Shown here in pieces: positions 1 to 14,660 of a DNA stretch of 64,000 nt. Under the pieces are notes generated by a model that saw nothing but the letters and a program-made list of their open reading frames with translations, did not search any database and was not told where the DNA came from. The position numbers were made by a program, and so were the translations under genes. The stretch lies in assembly GCF_009914755.1 (NCBI RefSeq), contig NC_060946.1. One strand, 5' to 3'. The DNA is from the human T2T-CHM13v2.0 reference genome, Homo sapiens. How positions within the stretch are numbered: the first letter of the stretch is position 1; each line of letters starts with the position of its first letter.

Positions 1-233
1 CCAGGAGGGCTCAGGAGGTTGGGAAAAACCAAAAGCCTTTCAAGCCAGATTTGCTCCAGCCCCTGGATTCTCTGAGGTTACCAGAATTTGAGGTGGGGTT
101 GAGGGGGAGACTGAAATGGGGCCGGGAGAGTCTCCAGTCCTCTCTTCAGTCGGGACAGCTCTGCTTGGATCTGTATTGGGGAATCGCTGTAACATTCCAC
201 CTGAAAACATTTTCTTCAATTAAGAAGAAAAAT

Positions 234-535
234 GGACTGAGCGCGGTGGCTCACGCCTGTAATACCCACACTTTGGGAGGTTGAGGTGGAAGGATCACTT
301 GAGCCCAGGAGGTGAGACTAGTCTGGGCAACATAGTGAGAACCCCACCTCCACAAAAAATAAAAAAGTTAGCGGGGTGTGGTGGTGCACACCACACCTGT
401 AGTCCCAGCTACTCAGGAGGCTGAGGTGGGATGATCACTTGTAGTCCAGGAGGTCAAGGCTGCAGTCAGCCATGATTCCATCACCGCACTCCAGCCTGGG
501 CGACAGAGTGAAACTCTGTCTCAAAAAAGAAAAAC
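234..535 (+). mobile_element. Alu (AluJ-like)
   Basis: Dimeric Alu sequence with A tail. Confidence 0.9.
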
Positions 536-730
536 GCAAAGCTACTGCATGACACCGAATAAATGCTGCCCCATTCAGGGTGGGCTGGGGTGGAGGAGCA
601 CTGGATTAGGAGTCAGGAGGACTGGGTTTGGGCCCTGGATCTGCCACATCTGTGTAAACAAGTGGGTGAGGGAGCCCCATGGGCCTGAGAGCTGCTCTGC
701 CCTGGAACGCCACCCCCACTATGGCCTCAC

Positions 731-861
731 CTGCGGCTGATGAGCTCGTCATCAGAGTCTGCATCATTGGCGCCCACCTGGTTGCCATCGTATGTGTCAT
801 CGTACTCATCCTCGTAGTAGACACTGTGGTAGGGCAGGCTCTCGCCTGGCTGCAGTGGCAC
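731..861 (-). CDS. ASCC2: ASCC2 exon 17 (131 nt, VPLQPGE...YEDEYDDTYD...LISR)
   Basis: ttgcag|GTG ... CAG|GTGAGG; carries the acidic YEDEYDDTYD motif. Confidence 0.95.
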
Positions 862-947
862 CTGCAATGGCATAAGCATGGGTCTGGGGGGCTCAGGGGC
901 TGGCCTGGTTTCCCTGGCCCAGCAGAGACCTGGCCTTGGTGGCCTAC

Positions 948-1047
948 CTCCTCCACCACCACGCTGTACTGCTCGTAGCGCTGCCGCTGTGCCGCCACTG
1001 CACGCTTGTCGTTCAGCAAACTCCGCGTGTTTTCCTCCTTCCTGGTG
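948..1047 (-). CDS. ASCC2: ASCC2 exon 16 (100 nt, TRKEENT...VVVEE)
   Basis: ttctcag|C ... GAG|GTAGGC; inside ORF 606..1181. Confidence 0.95.
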
Positions 1048-1171
1048 CTGAGAAGGAACAGCAGAAAGAGAGGAAGGAAAACCATCAGGCTTGGAAGGCC
1101 GCAGGGTACGGAGGGTCCAGAGACCACAGGCTTAACTGCTCCAGCCCTCAGACTGTCACGGAGACAAATGA

Positions 1172-1574
<403 letters not shown>

Positions 1575-1582
1575 TAAAATGG

Positions 1583-1972
<390 letters not shown>

Positions 1973-2325
1973 TTAGGGATTTTCTTTTCAGCATTGTTTG
2001 CAACAGTGAAAAATGGAAAGCAACTAATGTCCATCATGAGTGAAAGAGCCAAATGAACTGTGCCACATCTGTATTAGATCGTTGTGTGGTAGTTGTCAAG
2101 AAAGACATTGATCTATTTGTGCTGATGCGGAAAGAATTCTCACTTATTCCCAAGGAAAACAAGCAAGCTACAGAAAAATGCGTACAGTATGATCCCAAAA
2201 GCAAACTACGCTAACTCTGTTTCTATGGCCACACGCCTATGCATGACAATGCAGACAGAAGGCTAGGAAGCCCCACGCCAAATGACAGTGGTTACTGCTT
2301 GGAAGCACCTGGAGTTGTCTAAATC

Positions 2326-2733
2326 TTTTTTTTTTTTTTTTGTTACAGGCTAGAGTGCAGTGATATGATCTTGCAACCTCCGCCTCCTGGGCTCAAGCGA
2401 TTCTCGTGCCTCAGGCTCCTGAGTAGCTGGGAGTACAGGTGCGTGCCACTATGCCTGGCTAATTTTTGTATTTTGTTATAGAGATGGGGTATCTGCCATG
2501 TTGGTCAGGCTGGTCTGGAACTCCTGGTCTCAAGTGATCTGCTTGCCTCAACCTCCCAAAGTGCTAGGATTACAGGAATGAGCCACCGTGCCCAGCCTAA
2601 TTTTTAAATTTTTTGTAGAGACAGGGTCTCACTATATTGCCCAGGCTGGTCTTGATCTCTTGGGCTCAAGTGATCCTCTGCTTCAGCCTTCCAAAATGCT
2701 GGGATTACAGGTGTGAGCTACTGTGCCCAGCCT
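2326..2733 (-). mobile_element. Alu plus an extra left monomer
   Basis: Alu consensus with three arms. Confidence 0.85.
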
Positions 2734-3290
2734 GGATCTCTTAAACAAAATTTTTTTTCATTTTAAAATTGTTATTCGTTTATTGTTTTTTCAAAAATGA
2801 CCTTTCCTTGCCAACAAACAAAAATTTAAGAAGCAGTAAGGCCACATGTGGCTTTCTGACTGAGCTCAAGGGAGCCATAGGGATATCTGGGGTATAAGAA
2901 AAGGGGGTTCCCAGTCCTCTTCCTATCACCCCCACCTCACTACAGCAGCCTTCTGTCTCTTCCACAGCTCAAGTTTCCATGTAAAATTTCACTGGAAGAA
3001 AATGTTTGGAAGCCCAACTCTGGTCACGTTACAGGTGAGGAAACTCGGGTGCATTGGGTGGGAGAAGGAACATGTTTGGGTCACAAGTGAGCTGCAGCAC
3101 AGCTTCGGCAGGGACTGAGGCTTCTCAACTCACGGCTTTGCAAACCTGTGAAAAAACCTGGCTTGTCAGAAACATACCCAGGCCTGTGGAATGTAGCTTC
3201 TAGCCCTGCAGGGGAAAATCAATATGAGATGCCAGGCAAGAAAATCCAGCTTAGCTGTGAAATCGGGTCTCTGGAATGTATCAAGGGTAA

Positions 3291-3734
<444 letters not shown>

Positions 3735-5139
3735 TGAAGAAGATAGAGATCTGCCCTCATGAACTCAGTGTAGTGGAGATGACAGACCAGTCAACACGAA
3801 ATGTGCTGAACGGAAGCCCTGGAAACAAAGGGAATGAACTTGGTTCAGGAGGTCTGGCTGGGCATCTGTAGGAAGGGGTAATGGAGGCTCCACGGTAGGG
3901 GGTTACTTGATTGGACCAGGAGCCCCAAGGTATGGCAGGAGGGATGGTGCACTTGATTTAGACCAGGGAGAAATCTCAGTTCAAAGAAATCTTTCACATC
4001 CACCAGGGAAGGGGCCTGTGACTGTGACCTTGGCCCTGTACCTGGCTTTCTATGCTAAGCTGAAAAAGAGGTAGAGAGGAAGAAAAAGGAGCCCAAGCTT
4101 GTTCAGGTGGTAGGTGCCACTGGTAGGAGCACACCCATGCATTTGACACATATTTCCTAAGGGCCTAATAGGTTCCAGGACCTGTGCTGGGCCAGGAGAC
4201 TGAGGAAGAATGAGAGGCATCACCATCCTTTCTGCTACACCTTCGGCTTCTGGTCCATCCCATCCCTGGTTCTGTGCAGTGGGGCAGTTCTTTCATGCTG
4301 TGTGGCCTCTGGTTATGTGGCTCCCTGGCAGGGCCAGGCAGAGAAGCATGGCAAGCTCCACCCACCCTAGCTATGCCCTGGAAGAAGACACAGGTAGGGA
4401 CAGTGAAGCCCGGGCACCTGGGCAGCTTGTCCAGGGAGATGCAACCTTGGCCCCAGACCTCATTTGGAGCCAGAAAGGAAAAAGAAAAATCAGGACCAAA
4501 GCCAGCTGGGAAAAGATGCATCAGAGGCCAGAACTTCAGTCAAGCCTGGAAACACAGGCAATGGTGGCTGCAGAGACCCTCTGGAGCAGGTAGCTTCCTC
4601 AGCCTCCAAGATGGGAGCAAGCCCTGGGAATATGCAGGTGCCCCTGAAACCTCGCCACCTTTCCCTTCCTCATCTCCTCAAGCCTGTCCTTCAAGGCCCA
4701 ATTCAAACTGGTCCTTAGCAGGGTGACTCCTGCCTTTGAACTTCTAAAGAGCCTGTGGAAGCAACAGACTCCTACTTTTCCAGGTGAAGAATCAGGGGAT
4801 CCAGAGAGGCAGAGCAACCCTCTTAAGGTCACACAGCTACTAAGAGCAAAGCCAGGGCCAGACACAGGTCTCCTGATTCAGGTCTGCTTTGCCACTTCCT
4901 GGGCTGTGTGACCACAGGCAAGTCCCTTAACCTCGCTAAGTCTCAGTTCCTTCTCTTGGCACCCACTTCCCAGGGCTGACGTGAGAAAGAAATGACATGT
5001 CGAAGCAGATCCAGCACTTTCTGGGCTCAACAAAGTGAATCCTGTTTCTTTTACTACAGGACTTTTCAGAGCCTTAATGTGCTCTGCGACTCCCCAAAAG
5101 GCAGACCAAGGGCACAGACACTTAAAATAAAATTTTAAT

Positions 5140-5432
<293 letters not shown>

Positions 5433-7164
5433 CACAGATATTTTTAGAACACATGTTGTCTTCCAGGGCACCATGGAATGGTCCAAAGGGATTAGGGGAC
5501 CCTGCCTCTTGCCCACTGACTCCTTCACTGGCTATGATATACCTGTAGCACATGTATTGATGTCTCCACAACAGCCATGCTGCACCTCACCCATTCTCCA
5601 AACAGACCCTACATTTTCTTTAGGTCTTTCTACCTTTCCGTTTCACCCTGGAGCTCCAGGCCTGCACCCTGTGAGTTGGTTTTCCTGATGAGATATGAGG
5701 GGTATTGGAGACTTCTGGGAAAGGTATCCTAGGCTCTAGGAGAGACACAGGAAGACCTGGTCTGGACTATCTCCTGGCACTGTCATGTCTGGAAGCCATA
5801 GTAGAAACAGCTGCAGCCCCTCTGCAGCCTCAAAGGAAGTAGCCTGACCACGAAGTGAGGCCCCAAGAGACTGGAAAGATACATTCTGGATGATAGGTCA
5901 ACCAAGCCTAGACGGCCCTACCTTACACCGCCTTGTCATGCAAGGGAACAGATTTCCTTACTACTTAAGCACTGAGTACAGCCTATCTGATTCAACAACG
6001 AACACATTTTAACTCCACTACCATCTGCAGCGTCCTACCTAATTTCTCATGGGATTAGGACATGTGTCCCTGCCGAAGTTCCTGTGTACCCCACCCCAGC
6101 ACCTCCCACTCTGTCCTTACTTGTTTAATGGTCTTTCTTATGATCATTTGAGGGCAAGGCCGGGTATCCAGCTCACCCTGTTTCCCTGGTGTCTAGCATA
6201 GGATCTGGTGCTACTAAATCTCTTAATAAATATTTGCTGAATGAATAAATAATGAACACATGAATGGAGGCTTTGCCTCTTTGCAATCTGCAGCCCCTGG
6301 GCTACCCAGCACAGTGAGTCTCTCTGCGTGCCAGCCCAGAGGGCCCCAGGAACAAGGGCACAGTGTTCCAGAAACCTGGCCACCTCAATGCCAGCCACTC
6401 TGCTGACCCTGACAGCTGGGACCAGCCCCTTGGCAAATGCTCGTAGGTGACTTATGACCTAGGTGGGGTGAGATGAGACTTTACAATACCATGGGCCCTG
6501 GACAAAACCACAGATCAAGGTGAAAGGCCATATCCAGAGATGGCTAATCTCTGTGGGGAACTTACCAATCAGGCTTCCTGGATTGGAGCAGGGGGCCAGG
6601 CTTCTCGCCAGCCTGGAGGACCCCTTGTCTGCCCCTTGCCCACCGCTGGAGCTACAGAGGGCCATGCTGGCCTGGAATAGCGGCCACTGATCCAGGATAA
6701 CATCTTTGGCCTGGGATCTGGGGGTGTTGCAATGTGTATGACTAAGCAGTTTGCAAGTGCTTCCTGTCCAGCCAGCCAGACGGCTTTGTAGTTGCCCTGC
6801 GCCAGTTCCCCAAGCCCTCAGCCAGCCAAGCTTTTAGCAGTGGACAGCCCTAGGGAGGGGTAACAGCACAGGGCCCTAACTGAAGAAGCAGCTGGCATTT
6901 CCGCCACTGGGGCTCCTACCACAGGAACAAGGCTGGCTGGTCTCCTCCCTCTCTGAACCTCACGGTCCCCATTCACGTGATGGTGAAAGAGCAGCCTGTA
7001 CTTGTAAAGAAGTCCCCTGATTTCTAGATTCCATGCAGAACTTTGGGGGACTAGAATACATCTTATTTTGCTGTTCTCTACTTGGATGTTGTACTCTTTA
7101 CCATGACATCCAACTCTCTGTCCCTCTGATGGGTCATCATTCCAACGCTGGGTGAACTCTCTTA

Positions 7165-7457
7165 TTTTTTTTTCTTGAGACAGGTTCTTACTGTGTCACC
7201 CAGGCTGGAGTACAGTGGCACGATCACAGCTCATTGCAGCCTTGACCTCCTGGGCTTAAGTGATCTTACTGCCTCAGCCTCCAGAGTAGCTGGAACTATA
7301 GGCGTGTGCCAGCACACCCGGCTAATTTTTGTATTTTTTGTATATATGGGGTTTCGCTATGTTGCCCAGGCTGGTCTCGAACTCCTGGACTCAAGTGATC
7401 CACCTGCCTTGGCCTCCCAAAGTGCTGGGACTAGGCATGAGCCGCTGCACCCAGCCC
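7165..7457 (-). mobile_element. AluJ
   Basis: Alu consensus with J-type positions. Confidence 0.88.
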
Positions 7458-8361
7458 TGATCTTTTCAAAACATAAAATATGCTGGCTTTGTCGGTTCAT
7501 GGGACCCTTTGCTGTGCTCACTATGGCCTCGGGACCACTGTCCCTGTTGCTCTGCTTGGGAAGCTTCTCCTTCCCTCCTTTGCAGAAGTGACCCCTCCTC
7601 ACCCTTTAGCTCTCGGTCCCATGTCATGTTCTCAGAGGAGCCTTCTTGACTGGGGTGAAGCCCTACCAAAGGCTCAGAATTCTGTGCACCTCCAGCTTGT
7701 AGTATTTGTTATACCTGCAATTTGATGTTGCTTGTTTGATGAGTTGATTAATGCAAACTCCACGTGGGCAGGGGCCGTGTCTGTTTCACTCCCCACTATA
7801 TCCCCAGAACCTAATTAATCCAGAGCCTAGAATGCTGTAAGTATTAGACAAATATTTGTTGAATAAATGGATAAATCATGAACGGAATTTTCAATGCCAA
7901 AAAAGTAGGAAGGACATAAACTAAAAATAAATAGAAAGGCCTTAAAGTGGAATATGTTCACCTTCTGAAAAGCTCATTCAAAGTCCTTAATTTTCTCACA
8001 GCCTGGGGAAAATCAGGTCAAAGAGTGGTTTCTGGGAAGCACTGTCCACCAGTGATTTGATGGTTAACACATTAAAAGATGTAAGAAGAAGGGAAGAGGG
8101 GGATAGTTTTGGCCCTTCTGGCCTTTTGCTATCAACAGGGGGGATTCACTAACAGCCTCCCTGCACAGAGTCAGAACCTGAAGCCTGATCAGTAGAGAAC
8201 CTGCTCCTAACCACTGGGGGTGCACAGGTCTAGGGTTGTGAAGGGATCCCTGTGCTGATACTCCATGGCCAATTCTGCGAAGATGGAGCCCTTGGTTTCC
8301 CTGTGTCCTCTCTGCACTTCCAGAGTTGGGGTATCGGAACCCCATGGCCCACTGCACTCAC

Positions 8362-8481
8362 CTCTTGCCCTTGTGCACCCGGCTCAGGTCTACTGAGTCC
8401 CTGCTGAACACATCAAACTCGTCATTCTGGAAGACGTTGTGGCGAGACGTCAGCAGGGGTGTAGGGTCTGGTTTCATTTCT
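8362..8481 (-). CDS. ASCC2: ASCC2 exon 15 (120 nt, EMKPDPTP...VHKGK)
   Basis: cccag|A ... GAG|GTGAGT. Confidence 0.95.
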
Positions 8482-9364
8482 CTGGGTGGGGGACACAGAG
8501 ATCAATTTAAGGGGGCCCTGCCAGCTGATGCAATCTGCACCCCACTTCCCCCTGCTGTATTAAATCCATCGGATTTTTCAGTTCCCTTCAACAGGCACTC
8601 CTAGGACACAATCTCAAAACCTTGAAGAGGGAGATAAGCTGCTGCCTGATCTGGCCTCTGCCTGGGTATGCAGCCACACCTCAAACAAAGCTCCCCCTCA
8701 TTCTCTGCATGCCATTCACACAGGGTTTCCTTCTGTTTCTTAAAAGCGCTATCCCACATTTAATGCTCGTAATAGTCGCATAAGATCAGTAGTCACAGAT
8801 CACTCAACCTCATTGTGCCTCAGAGGCTGAGGAACTTGTCCAAAGGCACAAAGCTAATTTCTCAAGTTAACAAGTGATTGGTAAACATCACTTGCTCATG
8901 GAAGAAACACCCTTTCGGGCACTGGTTCCTGCTGTCCCATGGGGCCTTCAGGGCAGCAGTGGGCCAAATAAATGGTAGGTGTGATGAAAGTGAGACGCTG
9001 TGGCCATCCTCTCTCACAAATCTACTGGGAAGGTCGTAATGACAGGGGCAGGTCAGGAATGTAGGGGATCAGAAGGGCTCAACAACCCTGTGTTACATCC
9101 CTGAAGACACATCCATGGCGCTCTAATCAGCCTTCCCACAAAGTGTGGCAGGGATGTGTACACTCTCTGCCCTGCCTGGGGCAAGTGAAAAACTCCTGCG
9201 GGGCCTAAGGTTTTTATGTTTCCCCAAAGAGGGCTTTAGTTTAAATGGCTGGGAAGAGAGAACAAGCTGAGTCCTGGGCCATGAATGAGGGAAGGAAGAG
9301 AGGAAGGGGCCCCACCCCGAGGCAGCCTGGGCAGCGGGAGCCTCCTCCCACCTGTCTCTCCCAC

Positions 9365-9579
9365 CTGTCTAGGTTGCGGTCCAGCTGGCTGAGGGTGGGG
9401 GCCAGCCGCTCCTCCAGGATATTGTTGATCACCTGCTCTGGGTCGTAGTGGTAGTACTCCAGGCAGGCCAGGATGAAGCCCTCACCAAGGTCTGGCAGCA
9501 GGTCCTTCACTTGGGAGATGAGAGAGTCCAGTTCCACCCCACACATGGCAGGGCCCACAGCCGCGGCTGCTCCCATGCA
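9365..9579 (-). CDS. ASCC2: ASCC2 exon 14 (215 nt), encodes the CUE ubiquitin-binding domain (ELDSLISQVKDLLPDLGEGFILACLEYYHYDPEQVINNILE)
   Basis: ctacag|TGC ... CAG|GTGGGA; ORF 9241..9576; CUE-type LP...IL signature. Confidence 0.96.
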
Positions 9580-9774
9580 CTGTAGTGAGAGCCAGAGCCA
9601 AGAAGGGGAAGGCTAAGTGGGCCGGTGATAGGGCCACAGGCCCCAGACAGCACTGGACTAGGCATCAGGGATCTGGTTCAAGTCCTGGGATTACCCCTCC
9701 TGCCTGTGGGAACTTTGTCAAGTGACTCAAGTCTCTCTGAGCCTCCATTTCCTTCTCTGTGAAAAAGGGGGCTC

Positions 9775-10665
<891 letters not shown>

Positions 10666-12008
10666 TTATATTAAATTAAATTAAATTAAAATTTTGAAGG
10701 GACTGTATGACTTACCAGCTGGGCTACTGGCTGTGTGACTTTGGGCAGGATGCTTCCCCTCTCTGAACCTCAGTTTCCTCCTTATAAAATGGGCCTATAC
10801 CACCCACCTCATGGGGTTGTTTCAAATAGTTCAAAGATGGCACAAAACCCAGTGAGCACAGTACTTGGCACAGACCAGGCCCTCCATAAACAGCCCTGGT
10901 TTCTACCAATTCTTCCTACTAATCCAAGGTCCTTTTCCAACAAGTTTACTGACGGTGGAGGCGAACATCAACCACCAGAGCTGGACTGTGTGGAGATGCT
11001 CCCCTTTAATTACAATCTCTTTTTTAAGTAAGGGGCATGCATTTTATATATTGCTCAATGTGACTTAATTGTGTTAGCCTTTTAATTTAAGGAAATTTAC
11101 AGATCACAACAATAAAACCTCCATGACTCTGCTAAGAAGCGAAATGGGGAAGAAGGTGGGAAAAGGTGAAGGAGGCCATTGTTCTCCAAGGCCCTGCAGG
11201 AATCACAGGGTCTGGGCTGGGAGGAAGGACTGTGGCATTTGTTAATGGAGCACTGAAGGCCAGTCAGGCTCAGGGTATTCCATGTGATAGCTCTGGGAAT
11301 CCCAACACCTCATGGAGGTGGGCACTACATCTGTCCCCACCTTATAGATGAGGAACCAAGGTTCAACGTGAGTGACGTGCCTAAGGCCATACAGCTGCCA
11401 AGTGGCAGAACCAGGTCACACCCCTGAGCTGCCTCGCCTGAGTCTGTGTGGTCTTCATCTCTCTTATCATGCTGCCTCCCAACATGCAGGGGAGAGTCCT
11501 GGCCTTGGTGGCCAATCAAGACAGCCACAGATTCGGCCAGTCCTGGAAAAGCCTGGAGAGAAGGCACCAGATCCGAGGTTTCTACACTTGTTCAGTGGAA
11601 TCCTGGAGCCCCACGGAGGGGCTTCCAAGAAGGCCAAACCATGGGACTTGGCACTGTTCCCAGTTGCAACCAAAGGAGCTCCACTTTTATCTATTTAGAG
11701 GAGAGCTCCGGGAAGGGCTCATGGAAACGTTCATGGAAAGTTTCGTCTCTTCATTTTATAGAGGGGAAGCTAAGGCTTCGATAGTTGAAGCAACTTGCTC
11801 TCTCCTCACACACAGTCCAGCATGCCCCCAGCTTGGGACCCTCTAAAGGCAGCACAGAGCTGACCAGTTGCTTGAGGCTGTCTATTCCCCAAAAAAACTT
11901 TTTCCCTGAGTATAAAAGCAAAGAAGGGAGGTTTCCTGCTGCCCCAGCCTCTCAGATAGGGCCAAGGAGGGACAAGCGAAGAGGGAAAAGCGCCACTCAG
12001 ACACATAC

Positions 12009-12201
12009 CTCCTCTTCCTCCGAGTTCTCCGGATGTGATGATGCTTGACTGACTGCCTCTGCTGTCACCGTGACCCCGTTAGGCTCCCCATTAGGCTCCT
12101 CAATCACCGATGGGTCTTTAGCATCTGTGGCTTTCCGTCTGTCCACCCCTTCCCATGCACTCTCGACTGCCTGGAGGATGTAGGCAGTCCGCGTCTCGTC
12201 C
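12009..12201 (-). CDS. ASCC2: ASCC2 exon 13 (193 nt, DETRTAYIL...SEEEE)
   Basis: ctcacag|G ... GAG|GTATGT; phase 2-0. Confidence 0.95.
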
Positions 12202-13586
12202 CTGTGAGGACTTGTTAAGGGGTCTGTCTTAAGCTCCTAGCTCTGAAGCAGCATAATTTCTCAGTCCCTCCCCAGCATCTGACCACATGGTTCCTGCCAG
12301 GGGCTTTCTGGGCTATATCTAAGTGGTATAGCCCACGGGCACCTGGGCTGCATGGAAAAATGGGCCAGACTACAGCCACTCTGGCCTCACAACCTAGTGC
12401 CTTTCACTCAGCAGAAAGCAGCTCTGAGTAAAGACAGGGCCAGGGCTGCCATCAGAGTGTCCTGGGGCACAGGTATGGACGAGCCAGCAGCTCCTCTTTT
12501 GTACTGACTGCCAGGAGGAGGGCGTGGTAGGGCCACTGCCACTGGGCTTCCTGTCCAACCAGCTGAGGGCATTCTGCAAAGGCTGTGGGCCATCAGGTTT
12601 CCCTGAAGCAGGACTGAGCAATCTACTGCAACCACCAAAAATGACCCATAAGCTGGCTGCTCCTCCCTGTCCTTCCTCCTTGTTAACAACCCTGGGCACT
12701 GTCAAGCCAGAAATCTGAGAGTCCCCTTAGACTCCCTCACTGCTTCTTGTCCAAACCCTCATCATCCATGCTTGGATGCCAGCAACAGCCTCCTCACTGG
12801 CCCGAGCCTCACGGTGGTCCTGGGCCAGTCCATTCTCTTCCCTGGGCCAGACAGAGCTTTTCCAAAGTATAGAACTGCCCATGTCACTTCCTGCTTCACA
12901 ACCTTCCGCGCTCCCCAGCGCTTGCAGGACAGAGCCCAAACTTCTTAGTGATGGTCACCCCAGGGCTGTGCACGTTGCTGGCCTTCACCTCACCTGCAAC
13001 ACCCCAATTCCTCCTCTTGGGAGACCCCTCCTTAAGGACTGCCCCCTGTACTCTATACACGTCTGTGGCTCTAAGGAGCCTGTTTTCTCTGTCCTCTGTC
13101 CACTGCGAACATTCTTGTCCTTGTCCTTGCTCCTGGCTTGGTGCTCTCCCATTCTTTCTGCTGTTCTTCTGCTTGGACATCATTTCCATCTGAGACCCCC
13201 ACCCAGAGCTCTGCTGGGTGAGGCGCCACCTCTGGTTTCCTGCCCTCTGAAATCTTCCCACGTGACACTCTATCTAACTGCCTGTTTACTTGTCCACCTC
13301 CCCTCCTGCTGTGAGGAGGGGCTGAGTCCATCTTGGTCACATAGGCCCAGATACTCAGGAAACACAGACGGAAAATAGCACTGCATCTCCCCTGCCCCAA
13401 GCATCAGAGCAGCCATCTCCTCTAGAAAAGGCAAGGCTGGGACCTTGGCAGGCCACCTCGGACAGCTGGCTGACCCATGCGTTCTGGGGCTAAACCTCTT
13501 TCCACTCCTCTGGGTTCCAGCAGCCTGTCTCACCTCTGACCTAGTCAAGCTGGGCCCTGTCGTAGTGGGCTATGGTAGAAGGATAC
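12202..13586 (-). other. ASCC2: U12-type (minor spliceosome) GT-AG intron 12
   Basis: 5'ss GTATCCTTC; branch site CCCCTTAAC (12222-12214) 12 nt before the 3' end; no real polypyrimidine tract. Confidence 0.92.
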
Positions 13587-13661
13587 AAGACTGATGAGGC
13601 CTGCTGCAGCAAGCTGATGTCTTCGGCCACGGGGAAGAGTGCATCATAGTCCCGGAGGAAC
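13587..13661 (-). CDS. ASCC2: ASCC2 exon 12 (75 nt, FLRDYDAL...ASSV)
   Basis: ctgcag|G ... CTT|GTATCCTT (U12-type donor). Confidence 0.95.
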
Positions 13662-13855
13662 CTGCAGGCAGATGAGAGCAGATGGGATGGACAGAGCTGG
13701 GGCCACAGGAATGCTGTGCTGCTGCAGGCCACTCCCTGTGTTTGCAGCCCGACCTTATTAGAGCTGTGGTGGGCCTATAGCGGGGGTCTATCATGTAAGG
13801 CCTCTTGGGGACCTGTGGGAGGGTCATGGGCCCAGGCCAGCTCAGCCACACTCAC

Positions 13856-13924
13856 CTCTTCTCCTGCAGCAAGGAGCTGAAGATCTGAAGGAACTCTTCG
13901 ATGAAGCCCTGAATGTTGTCACAG
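13856..13924 (-). CDS. ASCC2: ASCC2 exon 11 (69 nt, CDNIQGF...LQEK)
   Basis: ttctag|C ... GAG|GTGAGT. Confidence 0.95.
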
Positions 13925-14167
13925 CTAGAACAAGACACCAGGGAAGATGAGCTCATGCAATGCAAGATGAGCTGCAGCTCCTTTACACACCCGCTGCCCC
14001 TCTTTAAGGCTGGGGCCCAGTGGAGGAATGAGGCATTTTTCTTGGTTTCTCATCTCTGTTCAGCCAACCCCAGTGCAGTGGAGGAAGCCAAGATGAAATA
14101 ATGGAAACGCTCCTGAAGGGCTTGGGGAGGAGACTCTTCCACCAGGAGGCAATTCGTGAGGGCTTAC

Positions 14168-14275
14168 CTGCTTTCTAGGATGGGAAGGAGGCAGATCTGG
14201 TTCAGGATGATGTGGAAAATCTCCATTAGCTTCTTCCTGGAATGGGAGAGCCTCTGCCACAGGTCACCAAGAAGC
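14168..14275 (-). CDS. ASCC2: ASCC2 exon 10 (108 nt, LLGDLWQ...PILES)
   Basis: cctag|G ... CAG|GTAAGC. Confidence 0.95.
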
Positions 14276-14326
14276 CTAGGCCAGAGAGAAAAAAGACACA
14301 GGTTTAGGAGACAAAAAGGCCCTGAG

Positions 14327-14660
14327 GGGCCAGGTGCAGTGGTTTACACCTGAAACCCTAGCATCTTGGGAATCTGAGGTGGGAGGATCACTTGAGCCCC
14401 AGGAGTTTGAGACCAGCCTGAGCAACTAAGTGAAATCCTGTCTCTACAAAAAATACAAAAAATTAGTCAAGTGTGGTGATGCAGGCCTGTAGTTCCAGCT
14501 CCTGGGGAGGCTAAGGCAGGGGGATCGCATTCGCCTGGGAGGTCAAGGCTGCAGTGAGCCATGATGGTGCCATTCCAGCCTGGGTGACAGAGCAAGACCC
14601 TGTCTCAAAAAAAAAAAAAAAAAAAAAAAAAGGGAAAAGAAAAAGAAAAAGAAAAAAAGG
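14327..14660 (+). mobile_element. AluJ
   Basis: Alu consensus with a long A tail. Confidence 0.88.

Noticed and set aside
4165-4726. Overlapping 118-150 aa ORFs in intron 15, possible processed pseudogene
   Set aside because: No recognisable protein, poly(A) tail or TSD; expected by chance in GC-rich DNA.
13223-13237. CTCF-like motif (ACCAGAGGTGGCGC on the minus strand)
   Set aside because: Several mismatches in the 5' half of the core; cannot be supported without a PWM scan or ChIP data.
12776-13378. 200-aa plus-strand ORF, the longest in the window
   Set aside because: Antisense within intron 12, low-complexity L/P/S composition, partly L2-like sequence, no recognisable domain or splice structure.
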